DNA of 64,000 bases, from assembly GCA_964637345.1 (NCBI GenBank), contig CAZWTD010000003.1, positions 7,678-71,677 on the forward strand. Direction: 5' to 3'. The position numbers and the translations under genes are program-made. The number at the start of each line of letters is the position of its first letter. Position 1 is the stretch's first letter. This DNA is from an uncultured Gammaproteobacteria bacterium. Lineage in GTDB: Bacteria; Patescibacteriota; Patescibacteriia; HK-STAS-PATE-3. Shown in pieces: positions 47,983 to 57,359 of this stretch. A model generated the notes under the pieces. The model was not told the DNA's origin and did no database searches. It saw only the letters and a list, made by a program, of their open reading frames with translations.

Positions 47983-49281
47983 CTACGGAAGGTAGTCGAG
48001 TGGGTTCACCGGGAAACCGTTTGACCGAACCTCAAAATGCAAATGCGGTCCGGTTGTCAGCCATCCAGATCCAGCCACGCCGCGCGCCCCGCCCGATAAG
48101 CCGATAAGCTCCCCTTTTCGAACGAACTGGTCAGGTGTAACACTGACCTGACTCAGGTGCAGGTAAAAAGTAGAAATATCTCCGCCGTGGGAAAGGCGGA
48201 CCCAAGCATAACCAGGACGACCCGGTCCAATCATGTAGGGTGCTTGCACTGATGCAACATATCCATCAGCAGCCGCGCGCACCGGCGTTCCTTGCGGTAT
48301 TCCAATGTCCAATCCGCTGTGCGTTCCAAATGGATAGTTAGCATCATGAAAATACGCGGTAATAAGACGCGAGCTTACTGGCCAAGCTAGCTGAGAGGCT
48401 GTTCCAAGGAGTTCATCGATATCTACTCCGCTCTCAGCGAGTTTTTCGCGGAAGCGGCGTTCAAGCGCATCAGCTGTTGCAATTGAACTATCGTATTCGG
48501 ACTTCGCTTCCTCCGTAAGTTGTTGATAGGTAACCGCAGCTTCCTGGGCTTTACCGATGAGTTCCTCCTTAAAAAGGCGTTCCTGCTCTTGAGCGGTTTT
48601 ATTCGATTCAAGGCGCGTTTTTGCCTCCTCGGCTTCTGCGTGTTTGGCGCTAAGGCTCTCTTGCTGCAACTCAAGGTCTTTCTTTAAAACCGAAAGGCGC
48701 TCTAAACTCTTTTTCATCTCCCCTTCTACATCGTGAACCGCCTTGGACCGCATGAAATACTGCGAGAAGGTTTTGTTGAGCAGGGATATTTCCAAATAAC
48801 TCTGAGAGCTATTTCGATACATCATGCGCAGGAAATCCCCGATTCGACCCTTGGCATCATCGATTTCCTTCGAGCGCTTCTCTATTGAGCCCTCTACCTG
48901 CTGTATTTCTAGGCGTATTTTTTCAATCTCAACAGTCGCTCGCTCGATTTCGGTTGCAATCGACTCGAGCTCTGATTCAATTGATTCAACCTGATTTTGC
49001 AGCGAACTCGCTTCCCGCTCCTTCTGACGTGCGGTCTCCTGATAGGACTGCGCCCGCTTCTCGAGGTCTTCGAGCTGCTTTCGCTTTTCGTTTATCTGGG
49101 CATTCAGATCAAGAATTTCCTGAGTCTCTTGATCGGATATTCCTGTATCCTGTGCCTTTGTCAGTCGAATACTCCACAGCCCAAATCCAAGGCTTCCAAA
49201 AACAGCAACAGCGGCAAAAACCGCGATGCCTCGTAAAAAACGGAGTTTTTCAGCTTGATTCTTTGTGCTGGTTTTCTCCAT
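47983..49281 (-). CDS. M23 family peptidoglycan endopeptidase with long coiled coil (EnvC/CwlO-like architecture)
   Basis: Signal anchor, long coiled coil, WPV, HSGLD (HxxxD), YLHL, TTGPHLHFEVR, VNPLDYL. Confidence 0.92.
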   Translation of the reverse strand: MEKTSTKNQAEKLRFLRGIAVFAAVAVFGSLGFGLWSIRLTKAQDTGISDQETQEILDLNAQINEKRKQLEDLEKRAQSYQETARQKEREASSLQNQVESIESELESIATEIERATVEIEKIRLEIQQVEGSIEKRSKEIDDAKGRIGDFLRMMYRNSSQSYLEISLLNKTFSQYFMRSKAVHDVEGEMKKSLERLSVLKKDLELQQESLSAKHAEAEEAKTRLESNKTAQEQERLFKEELIGKAQEAAVTYQQLTEEAKSEYDSSIATADALERRFREKLAESGVDIDELLGTASQLAWPVSSRLITAYFHDANYPFGTHSGLDIGIPQGTPVRAAADGYVASVQAPYMIGPGRPGYAWVRLSHGGDISTFYLHLSQVSVTPDQFVRKGELIGLSGGARGVAGSGWLTTGPHLHFEVRSNGFPVNPLDYLP

Positions 49282-49289
49282 GGGAATAC

Positions 49290-49318
49290 AGTATAGCACA
49301 AAACACCCTGTTTTGAAA
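49290..49318 (-). promoter_or_regulatory. Putative near-leaderless promoter for the M23 peptidase
   Basis: Minus strand TTTCAA-17 bp-TATACT with extended TG, 8 nt before ATG 49281. Confidence 0.55.
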
Positions 49319-49340
49319 GCTTTTCTGTGGTTACTCTCCC

Positions 49341-50768
49341 CTAGCCTAAAATTTGCATTGCCTCTCGCGTGCGACGCAAGCTCTCCTCCTGCCCAAGAAA
49401 TTCCATGACTTCAAAATTTCCTGGGGAGGCTTTGAGCCCTGTAAGCGCGACCCGTAATGGCCACAGAACTGGCCCATTGCTTAACCCGGCTTGCGCAATC
49501 GAGGCAATCCAGTGCGCTTCGAGCTTATCCTTTTTCCACTCCCCTGCATACGCCTGAATACGCTCCTCGGAGAAACGAAGTGCGGCGAGTGTTTCGTCTT
49601 TTGGGGTCTGTCGATACGGAATGAGCTCTGGGTCAAGCTGATGCTCTGCGGTAAGGAAACGTAAAAGCTCAGGGATTTGATTCAAGTGTTCGATGCGATC
49701 GCGAATAAGCCGGAGCGCTTCTGGTAGACGAGCACGATACTCAGCGTTCAACGTAGTCGCGAAATGTTCCGAACGTACGGCAAGCTCGCGATCCGGAAGC
49801 GCCCGAATACAACTCGCATTCAGCCAGTCGAGCTTTTTCCGGTCGAAGGCTGCCGGTGCGCGCTGGATCCGTTCAATTGAAAACGCTTGAACGAGCTCGT
49901 CTAAGGAATAGCGCTCGCGGTCCCCGCTTGGATGCCAGCCCAAGAGCGCAATGAAGTTCACTACGGCTTCAGGAAGATATCCATCATCAAGAAATGTTTG
50001 CGCTGAGCTGGCGCCGTGTCGCTTCGATAATTTCTGACGATCAGCCCCAACGATGAGCGGCAAGTGGACAAACACTGGTGGTTCCCAGCCAAAGGCTTCG
50101 TACAGGAGGAGATGCTTTGGAAGTGAGGGTAACCACTCCTCGCCGCGAATCGCGTGAGAGATCATCATGAGATGGTCGTCGACAACAACCGCAAGATGAT
50201 AGGTTGGAAAGCCATCAGACTTTAAAAGTACAAAGTCGTCGAGTGTTTGGCTTTGAAACGGGACTGCGCCGCGAATCGCGTCTTGGCCAACGATCGTACG
50301 TTCATCAGGTACGCGCATACGAATGACGAAGGGTTCTGACGGACGCTCGGAGTACCGATCGCGACAATGGCCGTCGTAGCCCGGCGCTTGACCACTCCCC
50401 TGCTGTCCAGCACGCAAGGCCTCAAGCCGCTCGGATGAACACGTGCAATAATACGCTTTTCCTTCTCGAACAAGTTGCTCGGCGTGTTCACGATAGAGCT
50501 GAAGGCGTTCAGACTGGCGATACGGACCGTAGGGACCGCCTCGATCCGGTCCTTCGTCGTAATCCAGACCATAGGTTTTTAGCAATTGGAGCAGGCGTTG
50601 CTCTGCGCCCTCAACAAAGCGCTCTTGGTCAGTGTCCTCAATGCGCACGACAAAAACACCTCCGGATTGACGCGCTAAGAGCCAGTCGTATAAGGCAGTT
50701 CGTAGTCCGCCAATATGAAGCTCACCAGTTGGCGAAGGAGCGAACCGAACTCGAACTGGTGTGTTCAT
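49341..50768 (-). CDS. gltX: Glutamate--tRNA ligase
   Basis: RFAPSPTG.LHIGG, RIEDTD, PTYH, IRGEEW, KLSKR. Confidence 0.98.
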   Translation of the reverse strand: MNTPVRVRFAPSPTGELHIGGLRTALYDWLLARQSGGVFVVRIEDTDQERFVEGAEQRLLQLLKTYGLDYDEGPDRGGPYGPYRQSERLQLYREHAEQLVREGKAYYCTCSSERLEALRAGQQGSGQAPGYDGHCRDRYSERPSEPFVIRMRVPDERTIVGQDAIRGAVPFQSQTLDDFVLLKSDGFPTYHLAVVVDDHLMMISHAIRGEEWLPSLPKHLLLYEAFGWEPPVFVHLPLIVGADRQKLSKRHGASSAQTFLDDGYLPEAVVNFIALLGWHPSGDRERYSLDELVQAFSIERIQRAPAAFDRKKLDWLNASCIRALPDRELAVRSEHFATTLNAEYRARLPEALRLIRDRIEHLNQIPELLRFLTAEHQLDPELIPYRQTPKDETLAALRFSEERIQAYAGEWKKDKLEAHWIASIAQAGLSNGPVLWPLRVALTGLKASPGNFEVMEFLGQEESLRRTREAMQILG

Positions 50769-51925
50769 ACTCGCGAAAGAAGATATGGGGTAAGAAGACC
50801 GATCACAACTCCAAGAAGAAGAATAAAACGCACGGGCCGCGTATACCGGAGAAACGGAAAAGCATTCGGATGTCGCAGCATTTTCCGTTCTTTTGCAAAA
50901 TGCTCGTACATTCGTAGAATAAGATACCCCTCTACCCCGAGAATCACCCCTCCGATAATCGAAATCACTCCAAGAACATTATTCACCCCAACAAGAACGA
51001 GTCCAAGGGGAATACCAAAGGTCAACAAATAGGCGGGTATTTCGTGGAACCCATAATCCAGGGTAAATATTTTCTTAAGGTTCATCCCTAGGGCCAAAAA
51101 CGCCATAAAGGTTGGGAAGAATCCCAGGAGATACACCAGGGTAAGAACGTTCTCCGGAAGAAAGGAGTGTAATCCAGAAAGACCGTCGCGTGTCGTCTGA
51201 AAGCCGCTGAGCGATCCGACGACAAGCGCAAAAACACCATACAGCGTTGCCGCGATAACTAGTGCCCAGGCTATCGAAGAAAAAAGCTTACGCCGATTTT
51301 TTCCGGCTAGCTCAGCCGCATCAGGAAGAACATTCGCTCCCCAGAGCGCAAAGAGAACAAGACCATACGGGAGAAGGGCTCGCGCGGGGTGAGCAAGGCT
51401 CACCGCATCACTCGAGAACTTCGGAATTCCAAAGACGGTCAGGAGGAGAATAAGTCCAGCAAATACCGAAACGAAGATTGTTTCTGTTCGGGCTACGCTG
51501 CGAGCTCCACGCGAAACGAGGTAAACGCCTCCAACAAAAAACAGGGCGAGATAAAAAAGATTGCTTCCACCGATAAGCGGTTGGAAAATATTCCCGAGGA
51601 AGTTGCTACCGATGAGAAGGTACGAAACGAGCGCCCCCCAGAGTCCGAGGGTTGTGGTTGCAAAGGCCAGGTGCTTCCAGTCGCTACCTAAGTAACGTTC
51701 AACATAACCCGGCAAACGATGCTTGCCGTCCGTTCCAAGAATAACTTCGGCATAGGATCGATTAATAAGATAAATAAGCATCCCTCCGACCCCAAAGGCT
51801 AACAAAAGAATACCAAAGCCTGACTGAATACCGATGAAGGGTAATCCGAAAAAACCGACTCCGATCATTGACCCAAGAAGGACGGAAATTGCGCTGAAAT
51901 TGGAAATCAATTTATTCCTGTCCAT
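50765..51925 (-). CDS. Amino acid permease (aromatic amino acid / APC superfamily)
   Basis: GSMIGVGFFGLP, PYGLVLFALWG, about 11 TM helices. Start taken at MDRNK. Confidence 0.8.
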   Translation of the reverse strand: MDRNKLISNFSAISVLLGSMIGVGFFGLPFIGIQSGFGILLLAFGVGGMLIYLINRSYAEVILGTDGKHRLPGYVERYLGSDWKHLAFATTTLGLWGALVSYLLIGSNFLGNIFQPLIGGSNLFYLALFFVGGVYLVSRGARSVARTETIFVSVFAGLILLLTVFGIPKFSSDAVSLAHPARALLPYGLVLFALWGANVLPDAAELAGKNRRKLFSSIAWALVIAATLYGVFALVVGSLSGFQTTRDGLSGLHSFLPENVLTLVYLLGFFPTFMAFLALGMNLKKIFTLDYGFHEIPAYLLTFGIPLGLVLVGVNNVLGVISIIGGVILGVEGYLILRMYEHFAKERKMLRHPNAFPFLRYTRPVRFILLLGVVIGLLTPYLLSRV

Positions 51926-52655
51926 CAGTACGGTAGCGTAGCACGGCAATTGGGAAGCGGACAACCGCTGTGAGAATGCGCTGAAAGCGCCAAGGTTGGA
52001 CAAGAAGCCGCCAAAACCACTCAAGCCCGATCCGACGCAGCCAGGCCGGTGCGCGACGAACTCGTCCCGCCAGGAAGTCAAAGGTCCCACCAACTCCAAC
52101 ACCAACGCGAACGCTCGGGAGTTCGTGGAGATGCCGCGTTAGCCAAAGCTCCTGCTTTGGTGAGCCAAAAGCGACAAGGAGGACATCTGGTTTAGCCGAC
52201 CGTATCATCTCGCAAAGCCTAGTATCGGAAACGCGTGTACCCCAGAAGCGAGAGCCGCTTTCCGCGCCGACTATCTTGAGTCCGGGGTAGCTCCGTTGAA
52301 GCGCCTGCGCTGCTGCGACCGCTACGCCAGGACGCGCCCCAAGGAGATACAGTTTGCGTCCTTGTTCGGCCGAGCGACGAGCAAGATCATGCACGAGATC
52401 CACCCCGGTCAAACGTATTCCGCGCGGTCGTTTGAGAAAACGTGCTGCCAGCTGAATACCAACACCATCGGGGAGAATCAAAGAGGCCTGGGTTATTGCG
52501 TGCTGCAGGTTATTATTAGCCGTCGCCTCCATTAAAATTTCAGGATTCAAGGTGACAACATGATTCCCGCGCGAACGGAAAAACCCGTCGAGCGTTTCGC
52601 GAAGCTCGGATTCGGAAATGCGGTCTACCGGAATACCAAGAATGCGTGATCTCAT
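51912..52655 (-). CDS. WecB/TagA/CpsF family glycosyltransferase (GT26)
   Basis: VTLNPE, PDGVG, RLTGVDL, VAFGSPKQE.W, GVGGTFD, RAP...GLEW.WRL..QPWR. Confidence 0.95.
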   Translation of the reverse strand: MRSRILGIPVDRISESELRETLDGFFRSRGNHVVTLNPEILMEATANNNLQHAITQASLILPDGVGIQLAARFLKRPRGIRLTGVDLVHDLARRSAEQGRKLYLLGARPGVAVAAAQALQRSYPGLKIVGAESGSRFWGTRVSDTRLCEMIRSAKPDVLLVAFGSPKQELWLTRHLHELPSVRVGVGVGGTFDFLAGRVRRAPAWLRRIGLEWFWRLLVQPWRFQRILTAVVRFPIAVLRYRTDGQE

Positions 52656-53200
52656 ATTGAAAGCGAAAAGCGCTGCATGAGATGATACTCAGGACCACGT
52701 GGATGAAGAACGCTCTCGTAGGCCTGAACCGATTTGACTGAGAGTTGGAATTGCGGAAGCCGTCGCCGAAGCAGCGTCCGGACTTCGTTCCGAGGAAGAG
52801 GTTTTTTCCATCGGCCGAGCGTTATATGCGGAACAAAACGATCGCGCTCACGTTTCGCTTCTCCTGAAGGGAGCACCCGGTCTATTGTGCGAAGAAGCGC
52901 CTCAAGACGTTTATTCGGCAAGCATTCAAGCGCGAGAATCCGAGCGCTCCCCTGCTCCGGAAAAACACAAAGACCTTTACTGAAGACAAAAAACGGAGAA
53001 TGGGGGCGGAGCGCTCGACGTAACGCTCTTTGGAGAAAGCTCCACCCCTCCGGCGCGATAGCGGAAAAGAAGCGCAGTGTAAGGTGGTACTGACGAATTG
53101 GCACTGCCTCCCACTCGCCAACAGGCTTGAGATTCGCCAACTGATCTGCAATGTGTTGTCGAAGCAGGCGCGAGGGTTGGAGGGCAAGAAAAAGTCGCAT
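52652..53200 (-). CDS. thpR: RNA 2',3'-cyclic phosphodiesterase (2H family)
   Basis: MRLFLAL, HLTLRF, FVPHITLGR, ESVL...GPEY. Confidence 0.9.
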   Translation of the reverse strand: MRLFLALQPSRLLRQHIADQLANLKPVGEWEAVPIRQYHLTLRFFSAIAPEGWSFLQRALRRALRPHSPFFVFSKGLCVFPEQGSARILALECLPNKRLEALLRTIDRVLPSGEAKRERDRFVPHITLGRWKKPLPRNEVRTLLRRRLPQFQLSVKSVQAYESVLHPRGPEYHLMQRFSLSI

Positions 53201-53231
53201 ACGGGGACAAGAGAAAAAACCCGGAAATCGC

Positions 53232-53260
53232 TTGTAGTATACCAAAATTTATGGTATATT
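53232..53260. promoter_or_regulatory. Overlapping divergent promoters in an imperfect inverted repeat
   Basis: Plus strand TTGTAG-17 bp-TATATT with extended TG, 7 nt before ATG 53268; minus strand TGGTATACT at 53244-53236 facing thpR. Confidence 0.6.
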
Positions 53261-53267
53261 ACTACGC

Positions 53268-54695
53268 ATGAATATCTACTCTATCCCCACCAAACGCATC
53301 GTGGCCGGCCTTCTTGTCGGCGTTTTTTGCTTAGTACTGCCGAATGTAGGACAAGCATTCACCTACAATAAAAATCAAATAATCAGCAACCAAGATTTGA
53401 CTGACTACCGCTCGATGAGCGTTTCGCGCGTCCAGTCTTTTCTTCGCTCACTCGGCGGAGCCCTTCAAGGAGTTCAATCAACAAATAACAGCGGGCAACA
53501 GCGCAGTGCGGCGCAGCTCATTGTTGAAACGAGCCAGCGCTTTCAATTAAATCCAAAATTCTTCCTCGTCCTTATTGAGAAGGAATCCGGCCTCGTCCGC
53601 GCACGAAAAACCGCTACGCAGTCACTTGTTGATTTCGCACTCGGGTATGGGTGCCCTGACGGAAGCGGCTGCAGTCAAGAATACAGGGGTTTCGGGAAGC
53701 AAATCGAAGCGGCCGGAAACCGTTTTCGAAACGGATATCTCGCAGACTTAGCGACGCGCGGGTACACGATTTCCGGGTGGGGCGTCGGCCGCACAAAAAC
53801 CACCGTCGACGGCGTATCTGTCACTCCACAAAATGAGGCGACGGCAGCCCTCTACACCTATAATCCCTGGGTTGGAAAATACGGAGGCGGAGATCCTCGT
53901 TGGGGTGCAAATTCGCTTTTCGCAAAACTCTGGGATGAATGGTTCAAAATTCATTACCCCGACGGAAGCTTACTCCGCGTTCGTGGGGAGGGCGGCATCT
54001 GGCTTATTAAAGCTGGGAAGCGACACCCCTTTCACTCCCGAAGCGCGTTCGATGCCGCGTATAGCCTCGACCACGTGATTGACGTATCACTCGCTGAGCT
54101 CCAGGCATACCCGATGGGCGCTGCAATCAAATACCCTGAATTCAGCCTGTTGCAAGGACCTGAAGGTGGGGTCTACCTCCTCGCGGATGGGAAAAAACGG
54201 CCCATCCCATCGCGGGCAATATTCGACGCGATCGGATTCAATACCTTTGAGATCATCCAGGTGACCGAAGCTGAGCTCACGCTCTACCCAACCGGAGAGC
54301 GGGTTGAAAGTCCGGATTCCTACCCGACGGGAATCCTCCTCCAGTCGCGCCAAAACGGTGGAATCAGTTACATCGAAAATGGAGTTCGTCATTCAATCTG
54401 GTCGCGAGAGATTCTCCAAAATCGCTTTAAGTACCGATCTTGGAAAGTAGTGGATCAGTCCGAAATCGATCGGTACGCGGCTGGCAATCCCGTAAAATTT
54501 AAGGACGGGGAAATTGTTACCTCGCCAGGCGCAAATGGCGTTTACCTCATCTCGAACGGTGAGCGCCGTCCAATTCCTAGCCCGGACATTCTCACCCGTC
54601 TCGGACTGAAGTGGCAGAACCTCATCCAAACGAGCGACCAAGCGCTTCTCCGCGCGCATCCGCTCGGCGCCCGGGTTGATTACGACGCCTCATAA
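53268..54695 (+). CDS. Secreted protein: putative lysozyme-like N-terminal domain plus four ~59-aa repeats
   Basis: Signal peptide; LNPKFFLVLIEKESGL, ALGYGCPD..GC, ATAALYTYNP; four YPDG-type repeats. Confidence 0.75.
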   Translation: MNIYSIPTKRIVAGLLVGVFCLVLPNVGQAFTYNKNQIISNQDLTDYRSMSVSRVQSFLRSLGGALQGVQSTNNSGQQRSAAQLIVETSQRFQLNPKFFLVLIEKESGLVRARKTATQSLVDFALGYGCPDGSGCSQEYRGFGKQIEAAGNRFRNGYLADLATRGYTISGWGVGRTKTTVDGVSVTPQNEATAALYTYNPWVGKYGGGDPRWGANSLFAKLWDEWFKIHYPDGSLLRVRGEGGIWLIKAGKRHPFHSRSAFDAAYSLDHVIDVSLAELQAYPMGAAIKYPEFSLLQGPEGGVYLLADGKKRPIPSRAIFDAIGFNTFEIIQVTEAELTLYPTGERVESPDSYPTGILLQSRQNGGISYIENGVRHSIWSREILQNRFKYRSWKVVDQSEIDRYAAGNPVKFKDGEIVTSPGANGVYLISNGERRPIPSPDILTRLGLKWQNLIQTSDQALLRAHPLGARVDYDAS

Positions 54696-55490
54696 ATGCC
54701 CCTCGTCTTCTCAGCGATTGTTCCCCATCCTCCGCAGCTCACCCCAGGAGCAAAGCCCGGAACGGTACGCGACATTCGAAAAACTCAGCAGGCTTTTCAG
54801 GGGCTTGAGGAGCATCTGTACGCCGCGAAGCCTGACCTCCTCATTGTCATAAGCCCGCACGGCGATATCCAGCGGCATACCTGGCAGCTTCTTCTCGGAG
54901 AAACGCTGTCGGGAAACCTTGAGGAATTCGGAAATTTTGCCGAACAGATTCAGGTTCCCGGAAGTATTGGATTCAGCCACCGTGCGAAAGAACGCGCGGA
55001 AGACCACGGCTTCCCACTTCTTCTCAAGAGCGACTGTCCGCTTGACTATGCCACGACCATTCCGCTTCTTTTGCTCCTCCCCCACCTTCCCGACCTTCGC
55101 GTCGCACCGCTCCTCATTTCAGGCGAAGATGTAAGCTCACACTACGAATTCGGCAAAATGCTTCGGGAAGAAGTATTCGCAACGACTGATCGAATTGCGG
55201 TTATCGCTTCAGCAAATCTCTCTCATCGACTCACGCGAAATTCACCAAAAGGTTTTCACAAAGCTGGGAAACTCTTTGACGACAAGGTTCGCAGCGCCTT
55301 AGCCTCATCTGACCCGGACGCACTTCTTACGCTTCCGGACGACGTTGTCGAAGATGCGGTTTCCTGCGGGCTTCGCCCAATTGCCCTCCTCCTCGGACTC
55401 CATTACCGTCGCGCCTTCCGAGCTGACACCCTTTCCTACGAGTACCCTCACGGCATTGGGTATTACACAGCGCTCATCCAGTCGCCCTAA
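54696..55490 (+). CDS. Memo/LigB-fold protein (AmmeMemoRadiSam protein B-like)
   Basis: IVPHPP, VISPHG, LDYA..IPL, IASANLSH, FD, SCG, SYEYPHGIGY. Confidence 0.8.
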   Translation: MPLVFSAIVPHPPQLTPGAKPGTVRDIRKTQQAFQGLEEHLYAAKPDLLIVISPHGDIQRHTWQLLLGETLSGNLEEFGNFAEQIQVPGSIGFSHRAKERAEDHGFPLLLKSDCPLDYATTIPLLLLLPHLPDLRVAPLLISGEDVSSHYEFGKMLREEVFATTDRIAVIASANLSHRLTRNSPKGFHKAGKLFDDKVRSALASSDPDALLTLPDDVVEDAVSCGLRPIALLLGLHYRRAFRADTLSYEYPHGIGYYTALIQSP

Positions 55491-55500
55491 ACCTGAACCG

Positions 55501-57333
55501 ATGGAGCGAATTTATGAAATTGCTCCAATCCGAGCGCTCCCGCGACATCGGGATCGTTTTGATTACCTTGGACCAGAAAAGCTCATCCCGGGCTTAGTGC
55601 TCGCTATCCCCTTTCGTGGCAGCCGCACCTTAGGAGTTGTTCTTGGAGAAAAGCAAAAAAGCGAGATTCAGCTCACAAGGTTAAGCAGTCTTGGGCCTAG
55701 TATCGTGCACGGACAATTAACCGAGAGACAGCTTTCACTCGCCAAATGGATGGCGCAGGAATACCATACGTCTCTGGGTCAGGTGCTCAAAAGCTTTTTG
55801 CTGACGACAAAAGAACTACCCTCCACTCTCCCGAACGAACGTGATCCATCGGGTCCCAAAAAATCAAAACTGAGCTTTACCGAGTATCTTTACGTCGATC
55901 AAAGAAACCAACTCCTCCTCGCCACCATCAACAAGGACCTTCAACAGAAGCGGCGGGTCATTTGCCTATTCCCGGAACGCAGCGTGCTTGAAAGCTTTTT
56001 CACAACTCTTCCGTCTCAGTTGAAGCGCTCTTCCGTTGTCATACACGGCTCACTTCCAGGCCCAACACATCGAGCGGCCCGTCAGGCGATTCGTTCCGGG
56101 AACGCACATCTACTGATCGGAACTACGTCGGCGCTCTTTGAGCCGCTCCCTAAGGGTCCCTGGGTTTTGTATGTCGACGATGAAAGCCATCCCAGCTACA
56201 AACAGACTGACCGGCAGCCGCATTACCATGTCCGTGATCTCGCGCTGCGTTTCTTCGCTCAGGGCGCTGATCTTCACTTCTACGGACAAACACCCTCGCT
56301 TGATCTTGTTTCGCTCCTCCGGGCAAATCAGGGGCTCTGGAGACGAATCACCGGTCGCATTCCCGCCATCGAGATTGTCAGCTTTGCCGGCTCGGAACAC
56401 GGGTCACTTCTCGGCTTCCAACTCGACCAAGCGCTTCGTGAGGCGCTCTCCCGAACACAGCGCGCCATTTTATACTATAACCGGCGCGGAGGCGAACGGA
56501 GTCTGCACTGCGCTGATTGCAGCTGGATACCTCGATGCCTAAACTGCGACACGCTTCTCCGCAGCGAACACGCCACCTTGCGCTGCCGCTTATGTGGACT
56601 TACTCAACCAATCCCACAGAGCTGCCCAAACTGCCACAGTGTACGAATCCAGTCGCTGGGCCACGGTGTTCGCCGTCTGGCTGAATCTGTCAAACGAGCT
56701 TTCCCATCGGCTCGAGTCGCTATTGTTGAACAAGGAAGCAAGCCTGATGATACCGCCGACATTCTCATCGGCACCTCGGTTCTTTTCCGCCACAACCTTA
56801 GGAAGGTCTCCCTTTCGGCGATGATTTCCTACGAATCGGAATTTCTTTCGGGCGAGTGGTGGTCAAAGGAACAAGCGAACGCGAACATCCGCCGACTCGC
56901 CGGTTTAACTGCGCCATCTGGCAAAATACTCGTGCAAACCCGTATACTAGACATACTGTCGTCGCGAATACTCACCGACGTGTACAATAGTACGCTACGC
57001 CCCGAACTCCTTGATCGTCAACGTTTCGGTTACCCGCCCTTTGTTGCGTTAGTAAAACTCACACAAAGCGGCGAACCAGCTCGTATGCATGCGGAGGCCA
57101 AAGATGTCATATCTCGCCTTACCGAAAAGAAAAAAACGGCCCCTTCGCTTCTTTCCATCTCTCCTCCGGTACGCAGCGGACATACCGCAAAAAGAGAAAC
57201 GATTTCCCTGCTTCTTAAATTCCACCAATCTGCATCCTCCGAAGACCGCGAGGCCGTCCTCAAGGATCTCCCCGCTGGGTGGATGGTCGATGTCCGGCCT
57301 ATCCGGCTTTCCGACGAACCAAACTTTTCCTAA
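55501..57333 (+). CDS. priA: Primosomal protein N' (divergent)
   Basis: FDY...IPFR N-domain, DDESHPSYKQ..PHYHVRD, NRRG, four CxxC, GYPPF; priA-def-fmt order. Confidence 0.85.
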   Translation: MERIYEIAPIRALPRHRDRFDYLGPEKLIPGLVLAIPFRGSRTLGVVLGEKQKSEIQLTRLSSLGPSIVHGQLTERQLSLAKWMAQEYHTSLGQVLKSFLLTTKELPSTLPNERDPSGPKKSKLSFTEYLYVDQRNQLLLATINKDLQQKRRVICLFPERSVLESFFTTLPSQLKRSSVVIHGSLPGPTHRAARQAIRSGNAHLLIGTTSALFEPLPKGPWVLYVDDESHPSYKQTDRQPHYHVRDLALRFFAQGADLHFYGQTPSLDLVSLLRANQGLWRRITGRIPAIEIVSFAGSEHGSLLGFQLDQALREALSRTQRAILYYNRRGGERSLHCADCSWIPRCLNCDTLLRSEHATLRCRLCGLTQPIPQSCPNCHSVRIQSLGHGVRRLAESVKRAFPSARVAIVEQGSKPDDTADILIGTSVLFRHNLRKVSLSAMISYESEFLSGEWWSKEQANANIRRLAGLTAPSGKILVQTRILDILSSRILTDVYNSTLRPELLDRQRFGYPPFVALVKLTQSGEPARMHAEAKDVISRLTEKKKTAPSLLSISPPVRSGHTAKRETISLLLKFHQSASSEDREAVLKDLPAGWMVDVRPIRLSDEPNFS

Positions 57334-57347
57334 GACGCGCCTTCCCG

Positions 57348-57353
57348 TATACT
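57348..57353 (+). promoter_or_regulatory. Putative -10 of a leaderless def promoter
   Basis: TATACT 6 nt before ATG 57360; weak -35. Confidence 0.4.
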
Positions 57354-57359
57354 TCAGGC

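Noticed and set aside
47922-48107. 61-aa ORF over the ftsQ-M23 gap
   Set aside because: TTG start, mostly antisense to the M23 gene, no motif; the region is better explained as a cis-acting DNA site.
51926-52105. N-terminal extensions in the ORF track (permease; also priA from 55345, sufT from 62849, GT2 from 24868)
   Set aside because: They run through upstream genes; internal ATGs give conventional N-termini.
27952-53992. Canonical KOPS GGGGAGGG at ~27952, 44423, 45573 and 53985
   Set aside because: All four are on the plus strand, including one beyond the dif candidate, so they show no polarity switch.
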